Assembly (NCBI RefSeq): GCF_963921235.1
Contig: NC_086106.1
Coordinates: 25,110,001-25,174,000, forward strand
DNA: 64,000 nt
Origin: Mobula hypostoma
Lineage: Eukaryota
Reading direction: 5' to 3'
Part shown: positions 13,870 to 27,479 of the stretch, one piece after another
Numbering within the stretch: the first letter of the stretch is position 1
Layout: every line of letters starts with the position of its first letter
Notes under the pieces: generated by a model
What the model was told of the DNA's origin: nothing
What the model saw: the letters and a program-made list of their open reading frames with translations, nothing else
Database searches by the model: none
Translations under genes and position numbers: made by a program

Positions 13870-14921
13870 GCCGGCTGATTCAGTTATCTCTCCCTTCCAA
13901 ATGGAGTGGCTCTTCAACAAAGACTTTCAGCGACGTGTCGATGACAGACTCTGACAACTTCTTTCGGGCAGGCAGCTGCAGTAAAGTCCTGAACTTAACC
14001 CAGAATATTGAGGATGACTTTGAAATGCAACAAGTTACAGGCGCATTATTCGTTGACTTAACAGCAGCATACGACATTGTGAATTACAGAGGCCTTCTAC
14101 TGAAATTATCTAAAATGTTAAAGAACGAAACCACAGTCAAAGTAATAAGTACTCTCCTAGAAAATCGTAGATTTTATGTAGAAATTTATAGAATCGAGAG
14201 TAGGTTGTGTCTACAAAAGAACGGACTACCACAGAGCTCAGTCCTGGCACCTCTACTATTTTCTGTCTGCACAAATGATCAACCAACTTTTCCTAATACA
14301 GGCAGGTTTATCTATGCAGAGAACTTTTGCATAGCAACACAACCTAGCTCCTTCCAAGAAGTTGAAGTACGACTTACAGCAGCCCTCGAAGCAATGAAGC
14401 AGTATTATGAAAAAAATGACTCTGAACCCAAATCCATCAGAAACTCAAGTGTCTGCATTCCACCTGAGGAATCGAGAAGCAGCTCGGAAACACAAGAGCT
14501 TCCGGGGTGGGAAGGAGTTCGATCACCTCCGACTCAAATTTACCTGGGCGTGACACTGAATAGGAAGCTCTGATTTGCCACCGATATCCTAAACCACCGA
14601 GGGAAAGTTGCCGCTCGCAATTCTCTTGAAAAATTAGCATGGACGAAATGGGGAGATAATGCTCACACACTTTGATCAACTTCCCTAGCACTCTGTTATG
14701 CGCCTGCAGAATACTGTGCACCTGAGTGGGACAGATCAGCCATTGCGAAGAAAATAGACCCCTTGCTTAACGAAGACTGCCGAATAATCACGGGCATACT
14801 GTGCCCCACGCCCACGAACATTATATACAGACTTGCAGGCATTGCTCCCTCAGAGATCCGAAGACACACTACACCAAAAACTGAAATAGGTAAACAGAAC
14901 TCGGATCCACGGCACCCACTA
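13870..14921 (+). mobile_element. I/Ingi-group non-LTR retrotransposon RT, inactivated
   Basis: ORF 13935-14573 has GALFVDLTAAYDIV and QKNGLPQSSVLAPLLF. The catalytic YADD reads YAEN, and the downstream part is frameshifted. Confidence 0.75.
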
Positions 14922-15584
14922 CAGCTTCCGGAAACTGTTCATACGCTTTCAGTATATACTGCTTCACAATATCATAATCAAGTGTTTGCACAGGAGTTAA
15001 ATCTGTGTAAACTTGTTGTGTTTTACCTTTAACCACACTTTGTTTCATCACTAACCATTTATCTTTCGGCCACTCTGAAATCAGAGCAATACTTTGAAAA
15101 TGCTGGAAATATTTATCCACTTCTGCTTAATTAAATGTACGAGCCAATATAACTTCCCGACTAGCAACAAACGGTTACCTAGAACCAGATGACTGATTCT
15201 CGGACTTTAATTTCCCCATGGGTAGCTCAAACATCCTCTGTTTATCTGTTTCTCTAGCTGCAAATTTACTTATCCTATTCGCTTCTCTTTCGGCCACCTC
15301 GGATTTAAATAAATAAAACTTCATCTGTTCGATATGTAATTGTTTCTCTAGATTACTGATTAGAAACATATCTAACATTTCTTTCTGAAAATAATATTTG
15401 AATGATTTTCCGCCATTTTCCTCTGAAATATTGCCTTTGTTGTAACTTTCGAAATTGCTTTAAGGTCGAACTTTCTAGTAATCTCGGATACATCACCCTT
15501 TCTCACCTTCGTTAATACCTCCCGGTCTGGTGATGCCAGTAAGTCATCAACATTCATTGCCGCCGAATACCTCCCACAGTTCAA
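14922..15584 (-). mobile_element. Gypsy (Gmr1-like) gag N-terminal fragment
   Basis: YFQHFQSIALISEWPKDKW..QSVVKGKTQQVY..DYDIVKQYILKAYE..PEA, preceded by a coiled-coil-like stretch; split across three frames. Confidence 0.65.
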
Positions 15585-15665
15585 TCAAAAAAAAAAGAAT
15601 CGGGTTTGTCTTTTTCCAAATCAAACTGACAATTAAACAAGCCCTTAAGCTCAAAAACGGAACAT

Positions 15666-15683
15666 AACCCGGACGAGCCCCCA
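15666..15683 (-). promoter_or_regulatory. tRNA-Pro primer-binding site of the LTR element
   Basis: The minus strand reads TGGGGGCTCGTCCGGGTT, 17/18 to the canonical Pro PBS TGGGGGCTCGTCCGGGAT. It lies ~80 nt upstream of the gag fragment. Confidence 0.75.
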
Positions 15684-16223
15684 GCTTCTCTTAAGTGGTA
15701 GGCAACAATGAATATAGCACTGAGTCAGGTTTTATAAATAAACATAAAGGTTTATGAAACACAGCTCAACAAATTAAAAAAAAAACTTAACAGGAATTTA
15801 TCTGCTATACGGAAATTTAACAACAGCCAAGCTCTGGAATGGTTTTTAAAGTGGTAAATTCGAACACAGTCTTAAAGTGCTAAATTCGAAAGTCCAAATG
15901 ATTTATACAGTCGGTAAGGAGAGACTTCCTGGATAACTGATTTCTTCGAAGACGTGACGTTGCTGCTGATCCCAGCCGATGATGTCTTGTCCAAAGGATT
16001 CACTACGAAGGAAATAAAACGGCTTAAAGGAACTGATCTTTTTTTTTTCATGGAGGGTGAGCACTGCACAAACCTTCCTGATCTTGCAGCGGTTTTCTCA
16101 GATGCAGGCCACAATTCCTTAACTAAGTTTCAATTAGATCGATGCTTTATAAAACCGCCGACGACACCCACTTTACTCAATCCTTCGGGCTCGCGCAATT
16201 TGGTAAGGGCTTCACTCTCCAAT

Positions 16224-17076
16224 AATCTCCCTCCTGGCACTTATCCGTGTAAGCGGAACAAGTGCTACACATGCCCTTACACTTCCTCCCTTACCACCAT
16301 TCAGGGCCCCAGACAGTCCTTCCAGGTGAGGCATCACTTCACCTGTGAGTCGACTGGGGTGATATACTGCGTCCGGTGCTCCCGATGTGGCCTTTTATAT
16401 ATTGGTGAGACTCGACGCAGACTGGGAGACCGCTTTGCTGAACATCTACGCTCTGTCCGCCAGAGAAAGCAGGATCTCCCAGTGGCCACACATTTTAATT
16501 CCACATCCCATTCCCATTCTGACATGTCTATCCACGGCCTCCTCTACTGTAAAGATGAAGCCACACTCAGGTTGGAGGAACAACACCTTATATTCCGTCT
16601 GGGTAGCCTCCAACCTGATGGCATGAACATTGACTTCTCTAACTTCCGCTAGGCCCCACCTCCCCCTCGTACCCAATGTGTTACTCTTTTTTATGCACAC
16701 ATTCTTTCTCTCACTCTCCTTTTTCTCCCTCTGTCCCTCTGAATATACCTCTTGCCCATCCTCTGGGTCACCCCCCCCCCGTCTTTCTTCCCGGACCTCC
16801 TGTCCCATGATCCTCTCGTATCCCCGTCTGCCTATCACCTGTCCAGCTCTCGGCTCCATCCCTCCCCCTCCTGTCTTTTCCTATCATTTTATCTCCCCCT
16901 CCCCCTCCAGCTTTCAAATCCCTTACTCACTCTTCCTTCAGTTAGTCCTGACGAAGGATCTCGGCCTGAAACGTCGACTGCGCCTCTTCCTATAGATGCT
17001 GCCTGGCCTGCTGCGTTCACCAGCAACTTTGATGTATGTTGCTTGAATTTCCGGCATCTGCAGAATTCCTGTTGTT
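16224..17076 (+). mobile_element. Penelope-like element 3' part: intact GIY-YIG endonuclease domain plus pseudo-LTR
   Basis: C..C..C then VIYCVRCSRCGLLYIGETRRRLGDRFAEH...LRLEEQHLIFRLGSLQPDGMNIDFSNFR, with the stop at 16650-16652. Confidence 0.9.
16944..16979 (+). ncRNA. Minimal hammerhead ribozyme motif in the Penelope pLTR
   Basis: AGTC-CTGACGA-AGG(atctcgg)CCT-GAAAC-GTC-GACT. The CUGANGA and GAAA cores are intact, stems I and II pair, and the predicted cleavage is after C16975. Confidence 0.7.
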
Positions 17077-17149
17077 TAATGTCTGCAAATGCTGGATATC
17101 AACACAGAAATCCGGAGGAACTTCTATGAAAAACATTAAAGAGTCGGAG

Positions 17150-18080
17150 TTTGGCCTTGGATTCTTTTACACGAGAATGCAGTGTTTGCATTGCTGCTAT
17201 GTTGATGACAAACTTGTGCCATTATCATCTGAGGAAGAAGCGGTTTCTGCTTATCAAGACGTTGCAGCAATTTGTGCGAAAGGCTGTTGTCAACTCTCAA
17301 ACTCGATAAGCAACACACATCGTGTTCTCACGGTGTACCAGAGGAGGAATGAGGGAAGTGCATGACGGATTCCGATGTGGGTTAAGATATAGTTTCAGTG
17401 GAGAAGATACTCTGCATGGAATAATGCGTTCCGTCTGATACTTCCAAGTTTACGATCACAACCCAAGTTAGACTACTGACTATAAGGGGGAGTGTGGGGG
17501 AGGGGGCGCATGTGGAGTGTCGTCTCACTGTAGCCTCCGTATGTAATCATTTAGGAATATTCAGTCCAGTGGTGCTGGCTGATCAGAAGATACTACAACA
17601 TCAGTGAGAGGAAGATCTTGACCGGGCTGACACTGCAGGGACGCCAGTTGTTCTTCAGTGGACAAGCTGGCTAGAAGAACGTTATCAAGTGGAAGGCTCC
17701 AAGTTTGTTTGAACTTTGAAGCCCCTGGATGATGGAGAATTTAGTTTTGCACAGTTACAACGTTTTTCAGACACAAGTGAAGATGGCTATAGAGCAGTGA
17801 CATTCCTCCTCTTAGACATTCCGCCATCTGAGGTGCACAGTGCTTTTATCATTCGAAACAGTAAAGTAGCTTGTTTTTCAAGCCAGACTTTCATCCGTCG
17901 TATAGGTCCCTTCTTCTACGATGGCAAACCGTACGGCCACGTTGTGATTTCGTGAGGCAATGCATTGGTCTCATACTACCTCTCCATGCAGGTATAGGAA
18001 GATTGTCATTTCCAGGTTACGAACTTCTGTTGCAGCAAAGTTCCAGAAATGTTCGAGCTTTCACAGGCATCTGAATGGAA
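17150..18080 (+). mobile_element. BEL/Pao LTR retrotransposon pol remnant (RT/RNase H)
   Basis: YVDDKLVPLSSEEEAV..ICAKG and LQRFSDTSEDGYRAVTFLL. Confidence 0.7.
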
Positions 18081-18649
18081 GATTGTTAACGTTTAAAACA
18101 ACCCGCCAGATGTGACCACCAGAGATTTGAAGTTAGATGCATTCCTGACAAAAGCGGTAGCTGTGTGAGTACCACAATATCCTCCTACGCTCGTAAGGCA
18201 ATGGCCGGCGATTGCCACTGCTAGCTTATCTATAACTCAAAAAGCGTGTTAAAATGAATGTGGAAAATATTAAAAAATCAGGTAGAATTGTAATCCATCT
18301 AACACGTATAACATTTATAATTTATCACTTCTTAATTTGGACACGTTTTGAAGAAAACGGCGGCCTGAAATCTTAAGAACCTGCTACCTTTCCGCGTCTT
18401 AAGAGAAAACAAAGGAACATTGCAATGGAAGTGATTTTCAGATTAATTTTCAAATTTGCAGATAGAAAGAAGTGTGGAACTTAATAGAATTAATGTCAAA
18501 CTGAATCCAGAACCTGAAGGTGCAGTTTGGCTAGTTAGTGGACAGCTTGGTAGGATAGCTATGATGGAAAACTCTAAGCATACTATCATAGTGGCAACGG
18601 ATCTTTATATCTTAGTCATTCTTCTGTTGGATATATTTCAAAAGTTGGA

Positions 18650-19510
18650 TGCATCAGCGAGGGAGATGAGGCTGAGTACAGGGCTACGGTGTGGAACTTG
18701 TCACATGGTGTGAGCAGATTTCTCTGCAGCTTATTGTGAAAAAGACTAAGGAGCTGGTGGTGGACATGAGGAGGGCTAAGGCACCGGTGACCCCTATTTC
18801 CATCCAGGGGGTCAATGTGGAGCATGGTGGAGGATTACATATACCTGGGGATACCAACTGACAATAAACTGAACTGGTCAAAGAACACCGAGACTCTCTA
18901 CAAGAAGGGTCAGAGCCGTCTCTATTTCCCGAGGAGACTGAGGTCCTTTAACATCTGTCGGACGATGCTGACGATGATCTGCGAGTCTGTGGTGGCCAGT
19001 GCTATCATGTTTGCTGTTGTGTGCTGGGTCAGCAGGCTGACGGTAGCAGACACCAGCAGAATCAACAAACCCATTCGTAAGGCCAGTGACGTTGGGCGAT
19101 GGAACTGGACTCTCTGACGGTCGTGTCCGAAAAGAGGATGCTGTCCAAGTTGAATGCCATCTTGGACAATGATTTCCATGCACTACATAATGTACCGGTT
19201 GGCACATGAGTACATTCAGCCAGAGACTCATTCCACCGAGGTGATACCCTGAGCCTCATAGGAAGTCATTCCTACCTGTGGCTATCAAACTTTACAACAC
19301 CTCCCTTGGAGGGTCAGGCACTCTGAGCCAATAGGCTGGTGTGGACTTATTTCCATCTGGCATAATGTATATCTTATTATTTAATTATTTATGGTTTTGT
19401 ATTGCTACATCTGTACTCTATTCTTGGTTGGTACAACTGCAGCGAAACCCAATTTCCCTCGGGATCTATAATACATGTCTATCCATCTATCTATCTATCT
19501 ACCTATCTAA
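18650..19510 (+). mobile_element. Rex1/L2-like LINE 3' fragment
   Basis: YLGIPTDNKLNWSKNTETLYKKGQSRLYFPRRLRSF, with a (TCTA)n tail. Confidence 0.85.
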
Positions 19511-19519
19511 ACGGTGCGA

Positions 19520-20400
19520 TATTGTGAAAGGAACTAAACACTGTATTTAGGTTGCGCCGAAATGTTGGATTCCCGGCGCTGCTGCCCCTGTAAGAAACTT
19601 TTTTGCAGGTGTGTTCTTTGCAGACGGTTGCACACAGTTCCAGGATATCAACCCATAACGTATATATATATATGAACAGTTTGTCTCCAGTTAAAACTCC
19701 ATTTACACGTGCAGGAGTGGATTGTCTTGGACATTTTAAGGTGAAGGGAAGAACCAGTGCAGTGAAGAAGTATGTGGTTTTATTAACCCGTTCATGTATA
19801 CGAATTCTTTACATTTAGGCGGAATCTTCTTTGGACACACATTATTTTGTTAGCTTTATAGCGAGAGAAGTACAAGAGTAGGGAACCTCTCTCGGAAAAT
19901 ACGACAAACTATATTGAAGCTGAGAGTGAGGTAGGCCGGACCATTGAAAACTGGAGCGATTCAGAGATCACTGATGTCCTCCTACAGAAAGGAATTAAGT
20001 GGATTTCGAACCGCACCCACAGGTGGCTCATATCATGGTGGAAACTTCAGATATTAATCATGTCTGAGTGAACGTAAATTAGTTCCAACATGAAGGTATA
20101 CAATCTGGAGGAAGAGGTTGTTCCACGCAGTCCTTTGCAAAGAAGTGGCTATTATCAATGTGGTGCAATCACTAATGCATGCCCTGACCACACTGATTTG
20201 GAAGAATAGACATCAAACCATCTGTTGGTTCTGAAGAGCATACAATGCCCTTCCGGGGAGTTCCCTAAAGAAGGCATATTTGTTCGTCGTAAATGGAAGC
20301 AACTAGAATATATGACGAAAATGACTCGGAAATAGTCGGCCAATGAGTACTTACCATTGTTACCGGATCGTCATAAAATATCAAGTATAGCGCGCATGTT
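19520..20400 (+). mobile_element. BEL/Pao integrase remnant, copy 1
   Basis: PFTRAGVDCLGHFKVKGRTSAVKKY, a Pao integrase motif. Confidence 0.7.
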
Positions 20401-22489
20401 CTTCGCAGGAGATATTATGATTATAGTTTAAACGCAGCGCCTCAGAACACATTGAAAATTCAAGTTTTTTCAAGGAAGAAGATGATTTCCGCAGTAGGTG
20501 TGCATCAAATCTCTCTTCCGGGCACGTTTTTAACAAGATTAGTCTTTCACTGGAGCCACTGGTTTGAGTAACTACAGTCCTAGAGCTGTTGGTTGATTGT
20601 CTTGAGGATTTTGACTTGACTTACTGCCTTGACAACTCCGTTATGCGATGGTATCCTCTGGCCTAGGACATTTGCATATATGTTAACATGTTTATGGATG
20701 AAAATATAATCTCTGCTATTTCAGTTGACTGTAGTAATTATGATATTGCAATAACTGATGGCGGAGATGTAGTAGCCCTGTATCTGTTTTCTGTCTGTCT
20801 GTATTGTATATTACGTTGTTAGATTTATTGTTACGATGATTTATCATTTGACGTTGGGATTGTTGAAGGAAAATTATATAGTCACATATTCAGCCTTTGT
20901 GCCGTAGATTTAGCATAGCTTTGATTTATTTTGTGCTTATTTCACTATTGCGCTTATTTTGCTAACTGTGCTTTTTACGCAGAACGCCTCAATATCGATA
21001 ATTTTTATCACCTGTCTTTTCTTGTTTCGTAATAAATTATTGAGCATTCTTTGTCGACCTGATAATCACTTATTTTGAGGCACATAATACACTGTTAATT
21101 CGCTTCTTCATCATCTCTGAGGATTTGTATTATATATATTTTTTCAACCTGCTGCTACTAGTGGCGACGAGGTGCTTTCAAACCAGCCCGAGACAATTCA
21201 TCATTATCATCACCAGCTGCCATGCCCAGTTTGAACTTTGACTGCCATGGTCCATACACTCCTCTTTCGGGTCAAGGGAATCAATTCATTGCTATTCATT
21301 TCTCGTTCTTTGGCTGCCATCATCATTTGTCTGTGCCTTCCTTTTGCTTTCCTCCCTTCAATCGTTCCCATAATTATCGTGCATTAAAACTCCTCTTTCC
21401 TAATCACATATCCAATGAAGTTACAATGACCTACTCAATGCACAGCACTTTTTTTTTTCTTCAGAATGGTCATCGAGACGTTCCGGTTAAAAACTAAAGA
21501 AAAAGGAACACGTGCTTCCGGGACATTGGTTGTTCCCCTGTTCGTAAACAGACAGTACGGCTTATAATAACAGAAGATAATCATAAACTGGACAGTATAT
21601 AAAGAAGGATTTAGCATGTGTGTTTTTTTTTATTTCAATGCGGCATCAAATCTGACGTACCTGAATAGAGCAAATTAACAGAACACTGACAATTTGTTGA
21701 TGCTCTTTGTGAACACTGATTGGTCGTTCAGTTTAGAACGTGGAAATTTACGACAGAAGATATAGAAACACTTGCTGGTTACACAGCTCATATTTAAAAG
21801 AACAATTAACATAAATGTATCAAGGAAAACCGCAGCAGAGACGCAATTCAGTTGCGGTCAGGAATGAAATTCAGCGTGAAAAACTTACAACGTCTGAGCA
21901 GATACGTTCCTGCTGACGAAACTGTCTTTCTTTTCTTGTAGGGGCTCCGACACATCATAACAATGCAATTTTAAAGGTGAAAGTTGCAGAGATATGTAAC
22001 AAGGTAAGATATGCCGGGCAAACAGGAATAAACGGACTGCACAAGTAAGAGCAAGAGAAAAAAAAAGTCAAGGGTCAGTTTCCAAAGAGCACCAATCAGC
22101 CTGACTTGACGATAAATTCTGATAAAGAAAAGTGTCAACGGACGTGTAGCCTTGAGATTTACAAACTGTAAATTAACAAGAGACAATCAGTCTCATTCCA
22201 ATGAGATGCAACCCTGAGCCTCATAGGAAGTCATTCCTACCTGTGGCCGTCAAGCTTTACAACACCTCCCTTCGAGGGTCAGACACTCTGAGCCAATAGG
22301 TTGGTCATGGACTACTTTCCATCTGGCATAATGTACATGTTGATATTTAATTAATTCTGCTTTTGTATTACTATTTTACACTCTATTCTTCCTTGGTACA
22401 ACTGTAACGAAACCCAATTTCCCTCGGGATCAATAAAGTATGTCTATCCATCTATCTATTTATCTATCTATCTATCTGTCTGCTTATCT

Positions 22490-23400
22490 AAAAGGTGAGA
22501 TATTGTGAAAGGAACTAAACACTGTCTTTAGGTTGCGCCGAAATGTTGGCTTCCCGGCGCTGCTGCCCCTGTAAGAAACCTTTTGCAGGTGTGTTCTTTG
22601 CAGACGGTTGCAGGCAGTTCCAGGATATCAACCCATAGCGTATGCATATATGAATAGTTTGTCTCGAGTTGAAACTCATTTACACGTGTAGGTGTGGACT
22701 GTCTTGGACATTTTAAGGTGAAGGGAAGAACCATGCAGTGAAGAAGTATGTGGTTATATAAACCCGTTCATGTATACGAGTTCTTTACATTTAGGCGATA
22801 TCTTCTTTGGATACAAATTATTTTGTTAGCTTTATAGCAAGAGAAATACAAGTTGGGGACCACTCTCGGATAATACGGCTGACGTTAGTGAAGCTGACAA
22901 GTGAGGTAGGCCGGACCTTTGAAAACTGGAGCCATTCCGAGCTCATTGATGTCCTCCTACAGAAGGGAATTAAGTGGATTTCGAGCCGCACCCACAGGTG
23001 GCTCATATCATGGTGGAAACTTCAGATATTAATTAGGTCTGAGTGAACGTATATTAGTTCCAATATGAAGGTATACAATCTAGACGAAGTGGTTTTTCCA
23101 CCAGTCCTTTGCAAAGAAGTGGCTATTATCAATGTGGTGCAATCACTAATGCATGCCTGACCACACTGCTTTGGAAGAATAAACATTAAACCATCTGTTG
23201 GTTCTGAAGAGCACACAATGCCCTTCAGGGGAGTTCCTAAAAGCAGGCATATTTACTCGTCGTAAATGGAAGCAACTAGAATATATGACGAAAATGACTC
23301 GGAAATAGTCGGCCAATGAGTACTTACCATTGTTACCGGATCGTCATAAAATATCAAGTATAGCGCGCATTTTCATCGCAGGGGATATTATGATTATAGT
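22490..23400 (+). mobile_element. BEL/Pao integrase remnant, copy 2
   Basis: Duplicate of 19520-20400. Confidence 0.7.
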
Positions 23401-26400
23401 TTAAACGCAGCGCCTCAGAACACATTGAAAATTCAAGTTGTTTTCAAGGAAGAAGATGATTTCCGCAGTAGGTGTGCATCAAATCTCTCTGCCGGGCACG
23501 TTTTTAACAAGATTAGTCTTTCACTTGAGCCACTGGTTTGAGTAACTACAGTCCTAGAGCTGCTGGTTGATTGTCCTGAGGATTTTGACTGAGTTACTGC
23601 CTTGACAACTCCATTATGTTATGGTATCCTCTGGCCTAGGACATTTGCATATATGTTAACATGTTTATGGATGACAATATAATCTCTGCTATTTCACTTG
23701 ACTGTAGTAATTATGATATTTCAATAACTGTTGCTGGAGATGTAGTAGCCCTGTATCTGCTCTCTGTCTGTCTCTGTTGTATTTTATGTTGTTAGATTTA
23801 TTGTTACGATCATTTATCATTTGACGTTGGGATTGTTGAACGAACTTTATATAGTCACATATTCAGCCTTTGTGCTGTAGATTGAGCATAGCTTTTTTTT
23901 GAGTGCTTATTTCACTATTGCACTTAATTTGTTAATTGTGCTATTTACGCTGAACGCCTCAATATCGCGAATTTTGATCACCTGTCTTTTCTTGTTTAGT
24001 AATAAATTATCGAGCATCTTTTGCCGACCTGATAATCAGTTATTTTGAGGCACATAATACACTGTTAATTCGCTTGTTTATCATCTCTGGGGATTTCTTT
24101 TTTTTTTTTCCAACTTGCTGCTACGAGTGGCGACGAGGTACTTTCATAACATCCCGAGACAATTCATCATTATCATCATCAGCTCCCAGTTTGAGCTTTG
24201 ACTGCCATGACCCATACACTGCTGTTTCGGGTCAAGGGAATCAATTCATTGCTATTCATTTCTAGTACTTTGGCTGCCATCATCATTTGTCTGTGCCTTC
24301 CTTTTGCTTTCCTCCCTTCAATCTTTCCCATAGTTACAGTGCATTAAAACTCTTCTTTCCTAATCGCACATCCAATGAAGTTACTTAATGCACAGCACTA
24401 TTTATTTTTTCTTCAGAATGGTCATCGAGACGTTCCGGTTAAAAAAAAAGAAAAAGAGAAAGGAACACATGCTTCCGTAACATTCATAATTCCCCTGTTC
24501 GGAAACAGAGAGTATGGATAATAGTAATAGAAAGTAATCATAAACTGGACAATATATATTGAGCAATTTTTTTTTTTTGGCTTTCAGAAGCGGAATCAAA
24601 TCTGGCGTAGCTGAATGGAGGAAATTAACAGAACACTGACAATTGGTTGATGGTCTTTGTGAACACTGATTGGTGTTTCAGTTTAGTTTGTGAAAATTTA
24701 CGACAAAACACTTGCTGGTACCAAAGCTCGTATTTAAAAGAACAATTAACATGAATGTTTCAATGAAACCGCTGCAGAGACGCAATTCAGTTGCGGTCAG
24801 GAATGAAATTGAGCGTGACAAATTTACAACGTCCTAGCAGATACGTGTCTGCTGACGAAATTGTGTTTCAGTTTTTGTAGGGGCTCAGGCACATCACAGC
24901 AATGCAATTTTAAAGGTGAAGGTTGCAGAGGTATTCAACAAGGTAAGGCATGGTGGGCAAACGGGAATAAACGGACTGCACAAGGAAGAGCAAGAGAAAA
25001 AAAGTCAAGATTCAGTTTCCAAAGAACACCAATCAGCCTGATTGACAATGAATTCTAATAAAGAAAAGTGTCAACGGACGTGTAGCCTTGAGATTCATAA
25101 TCTGTAAACTAACAAGAGACAATCAGTAAGGGATAAACAGAATAGAACGGTAAAATAATAGACACTCTTTCGGCTGCGACAGTCAGTCTTTCCAATGAGC
25201 GTGAAAAAAAAGCTGGCAGATAATCAGCCTGTTTGGAAAACAGATGACTACTGTAGGAATGACATTAGTAATGGAAAATGCAACAGTCAACAAGACCAGC
25301 AATGTGGGTCTCTATTGGCTAAGAGGACTACAGCTTGCTTGGAGATGCATCCAGCGTTTGCTTCCAAATCCCTGCAAAATCAACTGGAAGTGAAGTAATA
25401 AAGGTACTTGATAATGCCACAGCAGTGTTGAGTATATTTCAGAATTTTTCCAGCGGATCAAGAGTAAAATAGTATCGACTGAATATTTCGCACAGTAGTT
25501 ATACATTACATTTCCGTTCCTTGCACCATCCCTAGTTTGGAGTGTAAAACTTTTTAACCAGCACTGGGTTGGGAACCAGATTACCTTCATAAATGATCAT
25601 CAATCACTTATGTCTATTCTAGATCCAGATAAGCATGTTTCACTGTGGAAAGCGGTACGATTACAGAGACAAACAGCTGAAACAAACTGAAAACTTCTCA
25701 AACAAGGAGCACAATGATTCAGTTTGAGGCAAATAGTTCTGGCGAGGAAATATGTTGGTGATCAAAAGCGAGTGTTTGAAAAGATTAAGGGCAGAACTGG
25801 ATCACTACCCTGGACAGTAGAGATTATGTTCTATATCCTCCGGAGACAACACATTGAATAGTTGGCGTAATCAGAATCAGTCGATGAGAAGAAAGGCCTC
25901 TAGAGAAGTCAGAAAAGCCTTCTGGATTCCCAGACTCAATTCCTACTACCCCAAAGGTGGCGGCCCCCAGTCTGATATTGGTTTATTGCAACAAATTTCA
26001 CCTGTTAGGTAGAATTATACTGCCACTACCCCTGACAAGAAAGAAGATATCCCACAGGTATAGAGAATTATCCAGAGACAGTGAATCTACGAGTCTGAAT
26101 GGAGCAATTCAAACTACACTGTGCTGTGCATGTTAATAGTTTAAATATATTGTTTGAGAAAGCATTATTTGTATGGTTACATAACTGATTACATGTTTCA
26201 TAAAGTTAAGTGCATGAGCGGCCAAAGTCATGACGCCACCCCATGAAAATAAAACGCTAAGTAGAAACGCTGTCTATGCTCCCGTCTGTTCCATAGATTA
26301 TTTTGACTAAATAACAGTGAAGTCGGATATGAAGCACCGAGTGTTCCTTGAAGCCAGATGGTGTTATGAACGCCGTCTTCCACTCATCTTCCTAGCGGTA

Positions 26401-26899
26401 TATAGAACCATATAGAACCAGCCTTGTGAAGATCCGATCACTGGGAGTGTTTTAATGCACTATCTATCAAGCGGAGAGATTGGCATTCTTAATATTGATT
26501 TTGTAAAGTCTACAGTAGTGAATGCATGGATGAACACCACAATTTCTTCTCTTGTCTTTCTTACACATAAGGGTTCTTCACCGGGGCTGAGAACTGGGAT
26601 TTTTGAATGTAAGCATTCCGTAGCGCAACGGAGATAAAGTCATTCATGGCTCTTTGTCTCAGGATGAGCGAAGTATAACAGACGAATCGGGGAGGGGAGA
26701 TTCCCGGGAATTATGGCCCTCCTGCTGCTGTGAGGCAGCAGAATGCAGATTTCCATTTTACTGAAGGCAATGGCTAACTAAGTGTATTTCTGTGGGAATT
26801 TGGTACGGTCGTGAGATTTACCGGGTGAAGTCAATTGAAATTGCAGGCAGATGGCTTCCCCAGCGCATCACTGAGCCTGATGACTCGGCGAAATGAGGG

Positions 26900-27460
26900 T
26901 GGTAACTCAATACGATATGAGTTTTGGATGAGTCGGTAAGTACGAATTTGTGGACACGAGCTATTTATTCTCCAATTCTCAAGTTCACGGGTCCTCTAGT
27001 CGTTCTGACCATCTTAGTCCCAGCGGGAAGTCCATCGCGTTCCGTTTATGCCTAGGGGTTAGAGATCAGCTGGATAGGGAGTCGGACTTTCACACAGAGA
27101 GCCATTTCCAGAAGGTTGCATCCTGCACGGAGTCCATTGTGGATTTCTATACAGGTAGAGCAGTCGAGGTGTGGAGGAAGACAGAGTGAGAGAATCAGGC
27201 TTTGTTACAGGAAGGACAAAGAACGAAACTCCACTCCACCTGTTTGTGCCGTTTCTTGGATGTGTGGGTGATCGGAAGCTGCCAGGTAAGGGCAAAGTAT
27301 GTTACTGCACTAGTCCTTCATACTCTTCGGGGTGGGAGCTGTATGGGTCTGGCCAATAAGCGATCTCCTAGTACCAGCTTTCGTTCTGTCACCTTGATAA
27401 TGAGGATCCTGCAACGTGAAATATTTCTGGGTACGAAAAAAGCTTTGTGGATGTTATTTT
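26900..27460 (-). mobile_element. Highly decayed L1/Tx1-like RT
   Basis: Manual translation gives KQVEWSFVL (cf. FDRVEWSFL) and HNGLRAGCNL (cf. GLRQGCPL). Confidence 0.4.
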
Positions 27461-27479
27461 AGGGGGTCGTCCCGTCAGC

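Larger units (their letters stand above)
19226..25128 (+). repeat. Direct tandem duplication, two ~2.95-kb units (19226-22190; 22191-25128)
   Basis: Unit starts match (CTCATTCCA..GAG.TG..ACCCTGAGCCTCATAGGAAGTC) and unit ends match (AACAAGAGACAATCAG). The units are colinear throughout. Confidence 0.9.

Noticed and set aside
15954-16652. 232-aa ORF as a novel GIY-YIG fusion gene
   Set aside because: Penelope homology starts only at ~16224. The N-terminal part looks like chance read-through from unrelated flanking sequence.
21942-22003. 62-nt exon-like stretch (AG...GTAAG) kept in both tandem units (also 24881-24942)
   Set aside because: There are 8 differences between copies, 2 synonymous and 6 non-synonymous, so no sign of coding constraint. 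It has no J motif.
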